A stretch of DNA of 64,000 bases, taken from Octopus sinensis (Eukaryota). The first letter of the stretch is position 1; each line of letters opens with the position of its first letter. Made by a program: the position numbers and the translations under genes. The stretch covers positions 54,684,001-54,748,000 of the forward strand of contig NC_042997.1 in NCBI RefSeq assembly GCF_006345805.1, in the 5' to 3' direction. A model generated the notes under the pieces. The model did not search any database. It was not told the origin of the DNA and saw only the letters and a program-made list of their open reading frames with translations. Below are positions 53,088 through 64,000 of this stretch, piece after piece.

Positions 53088-55377
53088 TAGAATTTACATT
53101 GAAGATCAATGCTTGATTGTACATGGTAAAGGTAATTCTTGCTGTGCTTGATACAGTATGTTTTCTGTCATGCTGTTTTAATGATTATACCAAAGTTTGA
53201 TCGGACGGTGAACAGGCACAGAAAATAGTAATAAAGAGGCTCTTCATATTGCTTGTAGAATGTGAGTCTGCAACATCATGCAAAGCATTGTTCCACTCTG
53301 CATAATATTCCAAGGGATATCTTTTCTAGCAAACTTTATTGTATGTCTTAAAGTCATATCAAGCAACAGTTTTGAGGTCTTGGAATGAGGTCGGACCATG
53401 AATATTACAAGAGCTGTGTGAGATATAAATAGATTATTAAAATTTTCTCACATTTTCATAAAGTTAGTATGTGATTACAGATAAGCTAGAAGACAGAAAA
53501 TAATTTCTTTTCATTGTTTCACTTTTGAATTTCTTAATACATCTAAAACCTTCAGGCATAGTGATTGGTCTATGAATCAGACAGTTAATTTATATAATAT
53601 CTGAAATATCATAAAAACTATGTGTGATTTATAGTGCATAACTGCATATTTTAGAATATAAATACATGACAGACTTAATGTAGTTTCTGATTACTAAATT
53701 CACTCATAAGGCATTGATCAGCTGGGGTTATAGCAAAAGGTGCATGCTCATGTTGCCATACTATGGGACTGAATATACATGGCTGCAAAGGTTACTATAA
53801 AGCATAGTTGTCAGTGGCAAGCAAATATAACTTGGCTGCTTGGTAATTGTTTTAGGTGCCCTGTAGTTGCAAGCAGACATAAACACCCTTTCAGACCACC
53901 CAACTATGGCCCAGACAGCTGGAAGGAAAAAAAGGTCTTACTAATAAGTTGACTGGTACTCATTTTTGACTGAATACACTGGAGCAGTATCAAATTATGA
54001 GCCTTGCTCAAGGACTCAATATGCTACCCACTCCAGTAATCATATCATATGATCATGGGCCAAGCACCCTAACCTTTTGGCGACATACTTACGCACACAT
54101 GCTTATTTGTATTTGTGTGTGTGTGTGTGTGTGTAAACAATTATGGTATTTAAAGTTTTTGTTTCAGTTCTTATTTTATTTTTTGCTAATTGTGTAATTA
54201 CACCAATTCATCATTTGGATTGTAGTCTTTTAATTTTACTTGTTTGAAGAATCTAGATCATGTGTGAGTATATCTTGTCGCAAAATAGTTTTCTTTAATC
54301 TCTTTTGTACATGGGTCTGTCATTGGTGACAGTGACTTTCCTTACACATAACATTTAGTTTAATATATCAAAATAACATTTCCTTTATTTCATAGGATCT
54401 AGAGCAACTTGCTCTAAATGTCAATCCCTCTGAAATAAATACACACACAAACAAAAAGAAACCTATAGTTGATCCTTTTAATGAATTTTGCCATTCTTTG
54501 TTTTTGCTTCTGCTTTCTGACAACCCATTTAATTTGCTTCCATAATTGCTAACCAGTCAGTCAGGCAGTCAACCAGTCTATAAACCACATAGCCTGCTGC
54601 TGTACTATATGTAGCACAAAAGCTATTCTTTCGGATCAGTAGAGATAGATGACTGAACAATGCTTACAGCTATTCATTAGTGGCTTAGCTTCCAAATATT
54701 TCGTGTGATCAATCGACTTGTTCCTCCATGTATTTTCTGAAACAATATCTAAGATATTTTTTCTTGCTCATTGGTTAGATAATTGTGTGCATTGAGGAAA
54801 AGAGAAGTTAACTAAAGATGTTCTTTTTGTCTTTTGTAATTTTTTTTTTTTGCATATCTCTATCCTTTTTATTAGATACAACAAATAATTTAATACAGCC
54901 AGTAAGGAGTAATCCTATGACCTGTGACAAGACTTCATTTGAAGTGTGTGCGTGTGTATGTGTGTAAAGATGGAAAAAGCCTCCGGTTTTTGAGTAACTT
55001 GCAATATTTAGTTTTATCCTTTGCATTCTGAGTGCCAATCCTATGGAGGGCAATTGTTTTTTTTCTTTCATCTTTCCAGACTCTATAAAACGGACACCAG
55101 TCATTTACTGAGATCAATTCAATTGATCATATCTCTTCTGCAAATTTATGGCCTTCTGTTAGTGTATTTGTTCATTGCCAAAGTTCATTTCCATTATTTT
55201 GAAGCAGAATTGACAGGCTGTAATACTTTGTTTTCTTTGTAGACATCTAATTTCGACAATATTTTACATTGTAATTATAATAGTTATTGACTATAATATT
55301 TAAGATAATATTGATGTAGTGACAGAATGTCAGGCTATACTTTAATAAAGCAGATTTCTAGACTTGACATTTTGCAG

Positions 55378-55437
55378 TTTGGAGCTGTATCTTCTCATGG
55401 TTCACTTAACTTTATATATAACCAAGTAGTTAACAAA
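55378..55437 (+). CDS. candidate 60-bp phase 0-0 exon FGAVSSHGSLNFIYNQVVNK
   Basis: ttttgcag acceptor, AAA|gtaagt donor; only one frame open. Confidence 0.3.
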
Positions 55438-56629
55438 GTAAGTACCAGAACGGAGAATAGGAGGTGAATTTTATTAAGTAAAAAAGTGAAACTCTCTTCT
55501 TTGATGATAAAGCATTGAAAGTCAAAACTTCCAAGCGTTTCTAATGATTATTAACTGTTTTAGGGATTACTTAAAGGAATTGGCTTCATTGAAATGTTCA
55601 TTCTGAAACAAATTACATTTTGTTGATCACTAATACTGATGCTTACTATTAGAATTTATCATTTTAAAATTCACTCATCATGATTATTTTTATGCCTGTA
55701 TTTTCTCTGCTGGCATGGGTTGAACAAGTCTTTTTCAGGCAGTATTCTATGACTAAATGTAATTCTCTATCTGTCCTTATTTCCAAGTAAGATACTATAT
55801 TACAACAATCTTACTACTATGCTCTTTTACTGGTCTAATTGTTTATGATCTATCGCTCTGCAATTTGACCCCTGCTACCCAAACAATGTCAGTATGAAGA
55901 CATCAATCATAAATGGAAACACACACACACCCATCCATGTGTAGGTATGTGCATATGGGTGTACATATATGATGAACTTTTGTACTGTGTCTGTTTATCA
56001 AATTTCCTTCACAAGATATTGATCAACCTGAGGTTAGGGAAGAAACCACTTGCCTGTAGTAGCACGCAGTGAGATCAAACTCAGAATCATTTAGTTACAA
56101 AATGAATTTCGTAATCACACAACCTATGCCTATATATGATATATATATGATAGAAATGATAATAGTTATAACAAAAGGAAATTGTAAAACTGAAGAATTA
56201 AAGAAGTGAAAGATGTTAGTGATGGATGTTTCTTGGCTTGAAGTCATTATGAGAATGTTGGATATGTAATGTAAATACTAGGTGGAAAGATATTGAGATG
56301 ATGGTAAGTTATTCATTGTTGAAACAAAGTAAAGGAAATTCTTTGGAAGAAATATTTGGATCAAACTTCAATTTATTTGGTAAATTGATAACAATCAGTC
56401 ACATAAGAGAATGTGTCTACTGCACTATTTCTTCTGTTATAATTAGAATGGTCTCTGCTCTTCTGAACTAGCAAACTGTAAACCAGACTTGTTGAAACAT
56501 ACTTTATGCATTCATATCTATTTCACCATCCCAACTGTCTTACCATACTAAGCATTTTTTCCCAATCTTTCCTGTTCAGAACTTCAACCAATTAGAATTC
56601 TTACCTTTTTTGTGCATTGATTTTTTTTT

Positions 56630-57630
56630 ATCATTATTATTATTATTAAGGTGATAAATTCTTAGCCACATTTCGTCCATCTTTATATTCTGAGTTCAAA
56701 TTCTGCTAAGGTCGACTTTGCTTTTCATACTTTTGGGGGTCAGTAAAATAAGTACTAGTTGAGAGCAATATTATCAACTTATCCGCTCCCCTGAAATTGT
56801 TGGCCTTGTGCCAAAATTGTTATTATTATCATTATTATTATTATTAAGATGGTGAGCTTGCAGTATCATTACCATGTTGGACACAATGCTTAGTGGCATT
56901 TCTTCTGGCTTTACATCCTGAATTCAAATTCTGACATGGTCTGTTTTGCCTTTCACCCTTTCAGGGTTGATAAATAAATTACCAGTTTTGCACTGGGGTT
57001 GATGTGATTAACCCTCTCACCCACATTTCAGAGCTTGTGCCTATAGCAGAAAGGATTATTATTATTATCATCAATAATAATTTATTTAAGGCAGCAAGCA
57101 AGCAGAATTGTTAGCATTCTGGCATCGCCTGGCCCTCTGTCAGTTATGACAAGTGTTCCAGCTGATTTGATCAATGGAACAGCCTGCTTGTGAAATTGAT
57201 GTGCAAGTGGCTGATCACTCTACCAGCATGTGTACCCTTTATGTAATTCTCAGAGAGATTCAGGCTGGCACACCAAGTTTGACAAGACTAGCCCTTTGAA
57301 TTGCAGGTACAACTCATTTTTGCTGGCTGAGTGGACCAGAGCAATGAAAGTGTCTTGCTCAAGGATAAAACATGTCACTGGAAATTGAACTCGCAACCTT
57401 ATGATCATTAGCTGAATACCCTAACCATTAAACAATGTGCCGGGACAAAATGCTTAGCAGTATTTCTTCTGGCTTTATGTTCTGAGTTCAAATACCACAA
57501 AGGTTGATTTTGTCTTTTATTCTTCTGAGGTCAATAAAATAAGTACCAGCTGAGCACTGGGGTTGATGTAATTGATCTACTCCTCCCCTCGAAATTGCTG
57601 GCTTTGTGCTGAATTTAGAAAGAATTATTA
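56630..57630 (+). mobile_element. cluster of three tandem SINE copies, the third interrupted by an antisense CORE-type SINE (~57122-57440)
   Basis: Repeated ttctgagttcaaatt...ctttgc.tttcat...gataaa.aagtaccag bodies separated by (ATT)n; the inserted element reads ggcacattgtttaatggttagggtattcagct...gcgagttcaatttcc on minus. Confidence 0.8.
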
Positions 57631-57925
57631 TTGATTAATTTTTTTAGAAGTGTCTTTACCAATGTAGGTATTTTGCTCCACTTCATTCTGGGACTTTTAA
57701 CTCTATGTACCCTAACTTGCATAGCTGCAGTGATTAGGTACTAGGCCTTTTGGAAACCTTATTAGGCTTTATACCTATTTAACAAAGTTGGCAGAGAGCT
57801 ACATTGGAATGTCTTTCCTTAGAAAATTGTGTTGATACTAGCTTCGACTGAAATTACAAACAGTTATTCAATACTTGTGTAGTGTTACATTTATTATATA
57901 AAAACTTGGTTGACTCTGGCTTCAG

Positions 57926-58016
57926 GATTTATTTGTCTTGAGGTTTGAACAAGCTTCAAGACAAGCAAAACTTGAAGTCCCAGTCAAGCTTGAATTGGCG
58001 AGGGGTATGGTCTTAT
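57926..58016 (+). CDS. candidate exon DLFVLRFEQASRQAKLEVPVKLELARG(MVL)
   Basis: ggcttcag acceptor; open protein-like frame; alternative donors G|gtatgg (58005) or T|gtgagt (58017). Confidence 0.3.
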
Positions 58017-58664
58017 GTGAGTTAGCTAGCATGGATTTACAATTTCAGTCATTGAAAATTCTTCCACATGTGAGACAGATGGAGGACTTTTTAATAAGGA
58101 ACTTTTTTTAAAAATTGCTCTTTGTTTTATTCAGTTCTGTTATTTCTACACTATATATACATGTATACACTTGTAATCCATAAATATACAACCTATGTTT
58201 TTAGCATTGATAATGAAATCATTCAACCATGGTAGTGGTTGAATATATTCTCAAGTCCACCATTTTGTCAATCGCAGCAGCTTCCAAGCTTCACCACTAA
58301 TTCAGTTCTCAACTAAATTGCGAGCTGTTAATAGATTTAAAGTGGACACTTCCTCAGCTACACTTTGGCATAGATAGTTTGAGATTTGGTTCAGTAGAAG
58401 AAAAGTTACATCAAAATGTCAGACCTCATCTTCAATTAATATAAATTTTTTTAATTCAAATTAAAAGTATACTTTTTTTAGGCTTAAATGATAGAAAAAT
58501 GCATTAGGAATTCAGAATTGTTAGTTGCATTGAACAAAAATTAGTAGAAAAACAGTTATGCGGTAAAATGTTACAAAATTTTATGTCAGTAAGTAAGGAA
58601 GTAAGAAGTAACGCTTTAGCAATAAGAATAAAGAATATATTTCTAAAATGAATGTTTATTTTCT

Positions 58665-58940
58665 AAGGCGGCAAGCTGGCAAAATCGTTAGCGTGCCAGG
58701 CGAAATGCTTAGTGCCATTATGTTCTGAGTTCAATTTCTGTCAAGGTCAACTTTGCCTTTCATCCTTTCGGGGTCGATAAATTAAGTACCAGTTACACAC
58801 TGGGGTCGATGTAATCGACTTAATCTGTTTGTCTGTCCTTGTTTGTCCCCTCTGTGTTTAGCCCCTTGTGGGTAATAAAGAAATAGGTATTTCGTCTGAC
58901 TTAATGTTTTGAGTTCAAATTTTGCCGAGGTCGACTTTGA
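58665..58940 (+). mobile_element. young tRNA-derived SINE with partial internal repeat
   Basis: aaggcggcaagctggcaaaatcgttagcgtgccaggcgaaatgcttag...gcctttcatcctttcggggtcgataaattaagtaccag; CpGs retained. Confidence 0.85.
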
Positions 58941-59466
58941 CGTACAGATTATTTGATTAATTTTCTTATCTAAACACTTTCAAACTTCCAATACTAGTAG
59001 AATGCGTCACATAGAACAGGGTTTACTCTTAATGTTTTTGACAAAATTTTGTATTTTAGAAGTTATTCCGTCAAAAGTTAGAGTGACAACAGATCAAATT
59101 CGTGTTTGATAAGTGCCAATATATGAAACTCTCAGTATTTGATTTACTTTCTAACTTCTGCCGATGATATATATACATATTACATATATGTGTAAAAAAA
59201 TCTCATCACACAATTGAACCAATGAAAGAGCCTCTACCTGGCCATTCGACATGCAAAAAATAGCAGCCAAAGTATCCCCCTACCTAAATCACATGCCCGT
59301 TGCATGTAATATCCTAGATTATCTCTAAAAAGATGGTTTGCTGAAGGCTGGAATATCTTTGATGACAGGTTTGCAGTATCAGGGTTGATTTGAGGCTAAA
59401 TAACAACATTATGGTAAATTTCTATAGTAGCACGATTTTCACTAAGACAAAAAAAATCAAAAAATT

Positions 59467-59500
<34 letters not shown>

Positions 59501-59937
59501 TGGAAACAAGTACCCTGACCTCCTAATATGCTGCAAATCCCTTATTTTGTTTTGGAAAAAATGAGGTGGTGGTGGGTTCTCCCACCAATCTCGGAATCAT
59601 TGGAAAGTTATTTTTCATTGAATGAATTCCTGTGACCTAATATTGCAAAATTAGGTTACTTAAGGTGAGCCTGGTAACTGATGGGTTGTAACTTTTGGTG
59701 AGCTATGGTGCAACCAACAACATGGTAAAAATCCCTGCCATTAATTTGGTGTGAATGGGTAATATCAGATAATTCAATCACAACATATATTTTAATTAAA
59801 CATGAAAAAAATTGAAGCATTATCATCACTTACATGGAAAAATTGAAATATTATCTTTCAGTATTTTATGAGGTAAAATCCTATTATTAATTGACACATT
59901 AATTATCTTATAACAGCAATGCCTGGAAAAATCATGG

Positions 59938-60428
59938 ATTACATGGAAAAATGTGAGCATGAAAAGTAATATTCTTAAGATTATAAATCTGAAAAAGTAC
60001 AGGACAAGTTATTACACCTGTAAAAGTATAGGACAAGTTAGTACTTCTAGTAAAGTAAAGAATAAGAAACTTTTTACTTAAAATATTGCAGCTAAAATTA
60101 AATTTGAATATTAAAACTTATTTTATTATAGTTTACAAATAACACTATACTTATTTAAGTAGAATTTGGCTAATTTACTATCTTAAATACAGAAAAAAGT
60201 GACTAATTAGACAAACTTACTAATTAACTGAACAGTTTTGTACAATAAATTTAAAAGATGAGAACTGTAAAGAGTGATAAATTAGAAGAACTGGCATTCT
60301 TTACTGCAATATTTTAAGTAAAAAGTTTCTTATTCTTTACTTTACTAGAAGTAATAACTTGTCCTGTACTTTTCCAGGTTTATAATCTTAAGAATATTAC
60401 TTTTCATGCTCACATTTTTCCATGTAAT
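59938..60428. mobile_element. MITE with ~125-bp TIRs
   Basis: attacatggaaaaatgtgagcatgaaaagtaatattcttaagattataaa... mirrored by ...tttataatcttaagaatattacttttcatgctcacatttttccatgtaat. Confidence 0.9.
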
Positions 60429-60440
60429 TAATACTTGAGT

Positions 60441-61058
60441 AGTTTGAAATGGGGCTTAAATTTTATATCTAGACTGGGCCATTATCTGTTGAAATGGACC
60501 TACATTTCACATCTAGACTGGGCCACAGTCAGTTGAACTGCAGCCTCCATTTTACATCTATACTGGGTTAGAAGCATAGCTCGGTTCTATAGTTAGGGGA
60601 GTGAGCACATAAAAAAGGCACTGTGACGTATCAAACAATTTTTAACTCATTTCTCTTATATTATGCAAAATATTAGTTATAAAATATGTAATTGTATTCT
60701 ACATTCATTAATTTCATGTTCTAGTAACATCATTATGTATGAAACTTACAGCTGCTGATATAGGTGTGATGTGAAAAAGATGAAACTCTGTAGGATTGTC
60801 CAGTGTTGACAAGTTATGACATTAGTGGCCACCAACACATCACAGGATATTGAGCAGACAGTTCAAAAACATGGGAAGTTGATCAAATAAGGTATTAAAC
60901 TCCAGAAAGTTTTCCAAGGCCACTATCAGTTGAAATGAAGCCTATATTTCACATCGAGATCGAGCTTATTATCGATTGAAATAGGGCATACATTTTACAT
61001 CTGAACTGGGCGACTATCAGTTGAAAGTGGGCAGGGGCCCACATTTCACATTTTGCCT
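60441..61058. repeat. split ~44-46-bp minisatellite (two blocks of about 3 units)
   Basis: Unit acatttcacatctagactgggccactatcagttgaaatggrcct at 60441-60570 and 60917-61058. Confidence 0.75.
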
Positions 61059-62299
61059 GGTCTTGATCACATTCAATTTCCAATTTATAATCTATACTAT
61101 AATAAAATATAATATATTTATAAAACATTACAGATAATAACATGAAAATAATACCAGATTATCAATTAATTTCTGCTTCTGCACTGTATCAGTAACCAAT
61201 GCATAAGTTGGAACCACAATGATATAGTTTGATGCTGTGAGTTGTAGCATTGTAAAAGTAACAAGTGCTCAAAAGCTGACAGTACTGAGCTCAGTTCCTT
61301 CTATGAGCACCAATCCCTATAAAACCCACTAGACCTACACAAAGTATGTTGGGCTTTGGTAAGATGGAAGGACACTGATGATAGGTAATGAAAATAATTG
61401 CTAATATAATGTGTTTTTCCTAAAACAATTTCTATTCTAAGAAATCTAATTTATATTGTTAATATGACTAACTATAGACCTAAAAGTCATCAGTTTGCCA
61501 AGGCAGGCACATATTTCAATAAAGATTGTTTACTTCTATCAACGCAAAGCCAAATATTTACATAGGATTAGTTTAGTATTGACCTCATTACATGCCTGCT
61601 GATATTTTATCAAATCCAAAGGGATATGAAGGCAAAGTTGTATCCACACGTATTTGAACTCTGGATGTAGAGAAACATAGCTAAATACTGTACTTCAAGT
61701 CACCTACTCCATTACTCTACTGCCCTGCATCTCTCATTAATTGATGTTTAGAATTAGGAAGGTTATTCAACTTGGGATTATTTTCTTCATCAAATCATGA
61801 AACCCATATTATCAAAGAAAAATGGGTATCAGAAAATTCTTTGGGTTTTCTAAAACAACCTACTCTATGTAAGCCTTTGTACATTTGAAGTATTTTTTTT
61901 TTATTTATTTAAACCGATATTTTGATATGCAGTTGGAACTACTTCAGCATTACATTGCTAATAGGAAAGGCATGAATGCCAAGCTTCACTGCTATTCTAA
62001 GACAGCACATTCAAAATTAGTTGTAAGTACGTAGAAAGTCTAACTGTATTATAAATCCTTTTTCTTCCTTGCAAACGTTTCATAACCAGTTGCATAAATG
62101 AGTATTCACAATATGAATTATATAAATTTATATAAACAGTTGGACAAATTGGCTTACAGTGTGTTTACAGACTAAATTAAAGAGTATAACTTTATATAAA
62201 GATGGTTAGCATAAATAAGAATTGTTGATTAGAGCGAACGATGTAACAATAATTAGGCTATTAATTTTATTTAGCTAAATATAAACACTAGAAAACTTC

Positions 62300-63298
62300 A
62301 TAGTCACAACTTCACCTGTTTATCGGCACATTCTTTGTGTCAAATCACTACTGTTGACAGTATAACCACTACTGCAACTTGTGTGTAATTTGACAAACCA
62401 TCATCTCTATGAGGCGGTCAAAGAGTTTCGGCGTATGAATGCCCATTCTTAGTACCGGTTTTGATACATTTACACCGTATCGTATCTTTCTATGAAGCCT
62501 GACTGCCAAGTGATGTGAATCTGATCATGTGACTTTAAGAATGGTGCTCTTTAACAACTGCTGTTTGCTTTAGCTTCGATACTTTAAGACCAAAATAAAC
62601 CGACCATATACTCTTCTTCTCTCTTTTTTCATGTTGCATAATTTTGAAAAAAAATTTTTTACGATAAGTCGTATATATAGATATACTTCACACCAAAATT
62701 TCCTTTCGAAAATTATTTCTATACATTTAAAGAATTAAACGATGAGCACTTTTTTTTTTTTTGCTAAGATAGCTTTTATATTCTTTTTAGCTATTTGACC
62801 TTATCAATAAATACCACAACCTAAATTTTGTAATTCCAATAATATACTGTTCCATTAATAGGTAGCACTAATAAATACTTTGAATTGAAATATTTCAGTG
62901 GTTGTTCATAAATTTTTCTTTTCTTTCCATTCGTGTTACCTGAAGTATAAGAATTGTATTTATAAACTGTATATGCATGTACATCGGTCGGTATTCTGTT
63001 ATTAAGTATGTTTCCTTCGAAATATTCATTAGTTTTTGGTTTTGGTCCCTGGAAGGAATTCCTGATACGATCGCCGATATAGTAATATTATTTTTCAGCA
63101 CTGCATTTGTGAAATTTACCATTAAATGTGCTTCGAAACGTTAGCTGATCTATTCATTGAGAGGGAGATATTTCTCTTAACCCCAAATTTATTATTTTCT
63201 TCAAAAATACCTCTCCTCTTCCTTAGATAATAATAAGTACTTTTTATTTTCTTCTTTCTTTTCTATAAATATATAGCTTTATTATCGAAAAAAAAAGA

Positions 63299-63340
<42 letters not shown>

Positions 63341-64000
63341 ATATATATATATATCGACATTTCTGTTCGTTTGTACCTTGCTCCACCTTCCATTTCTAAA
63401 ATGACTCTTTTTAGTTGGCTCATTGTCGGAGGTTAGTGAACTTTAATTAAGTTATTCGTATAATGATTAAATATACTAATATTTAGCGAGTGGAGATGTG
63501 TTCTTGGTTCGATAGTGTGATACCTTTCGAATCGTTGAAGATTATTACTCGGGTGTCTTCTTGCCGGTAAAAAGTCGGTCAAAGGAATCCCTCTTATTTC
63601 CATCTCCTTTTACACCGCTGATAATTATATGAACGTGTGTGCATGCTTATTCAAAAACTACCATTGATTAATAAATATCTAAAAATATACATTTCCCTCC
63701 TTCCTTTTCACCATTATGTTCTCGTGTTAATTTCTATTCATTTGGTAATTTTCATTTTACGAATTGTGCGTATCTAGTGTTTTCTTTTTTCCTTTTGCTT
63801 TGTTACTACTGCAACTCATTAATGTCAACAAATAGCAACTATAGTTAAATATCGATTTCTCATTGCGCCACCACTTTCCTCCTCCCCTACCTTTCACCTC
63901 CTCTATACCGGTTCGATGTTTAGAGTACCCCACTTTTTACAGACACGGAAATACTCATAGTCGTCGAAATATTTTATAGAAATGTTAACTGCATTCCCGT
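62300..64000. promoter_or_regulatory. CpG-retaining unique region, probable promoter/5' UTR zone
   Basis: Unique sequence with frequent CpG (ggcggtcaaagagtttcggcgt, gatacgatcgccgat, gtcgtcga) against a CpG-poor background; no long ORF with recognisable homology. Confidence 0.4.

Noticed and set aside
60441-61058. CRISPR-like regularly spaced repeats
   Set aside because: Units are contiguous and degenerate with no unique spacers, there are no cas genes, and the context is eukaryotic.
62895-63122. 75-aa minus ORF MVNFTNAVLK...
   Set aside because: No recognisable domain, AT-rich codons, and no convincing donor; treated as part of the regulatory zone.

Overview
Eukaryotic, AT-rich, repeat-dense non-coding DNA, very likely from an octopus or other coleoid cephalopod. 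This assignment is inferred from the repeat families and the compound TA/TG/CA microsatellites. Nearly all long ORFs in the supplied track are translations of microsatellites. Supported content: decayed Tc1/mariner DNA transposons (two maT/DD37D derivatives, one near full-length dead DD34D mariner, other fragments); many RTE-clade LINE fragments and their (GAT)n-tailed 3' ends carrying variable internal tandem repeats; a CR1/L2-like RT fragment; tRNA-derived SINEs of at least two body types; two fold-back MITEs; several 0.5-2.2 kb AT-rich satellites; and a near-perfect 1,485-bp tandem duplication bounded by (TG)n tracts. The most distinctive locus is a Penelope-like retroelement remnant at 37.9-38.8 kb, with a GIY-YIG endonuclease frame and inverted pseudo-LTR modules containing decayed minimal type-I hammerhead ribozymes. 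No host gene could be named. Several short, well-bounded candidate exons on + suggest the window is mostly intronic, a few candidates on - near 27-34 kb suggest a possible nested antisense unit, and a CpG-retaining promoter-like zone occupies the last ~1.7 kb.
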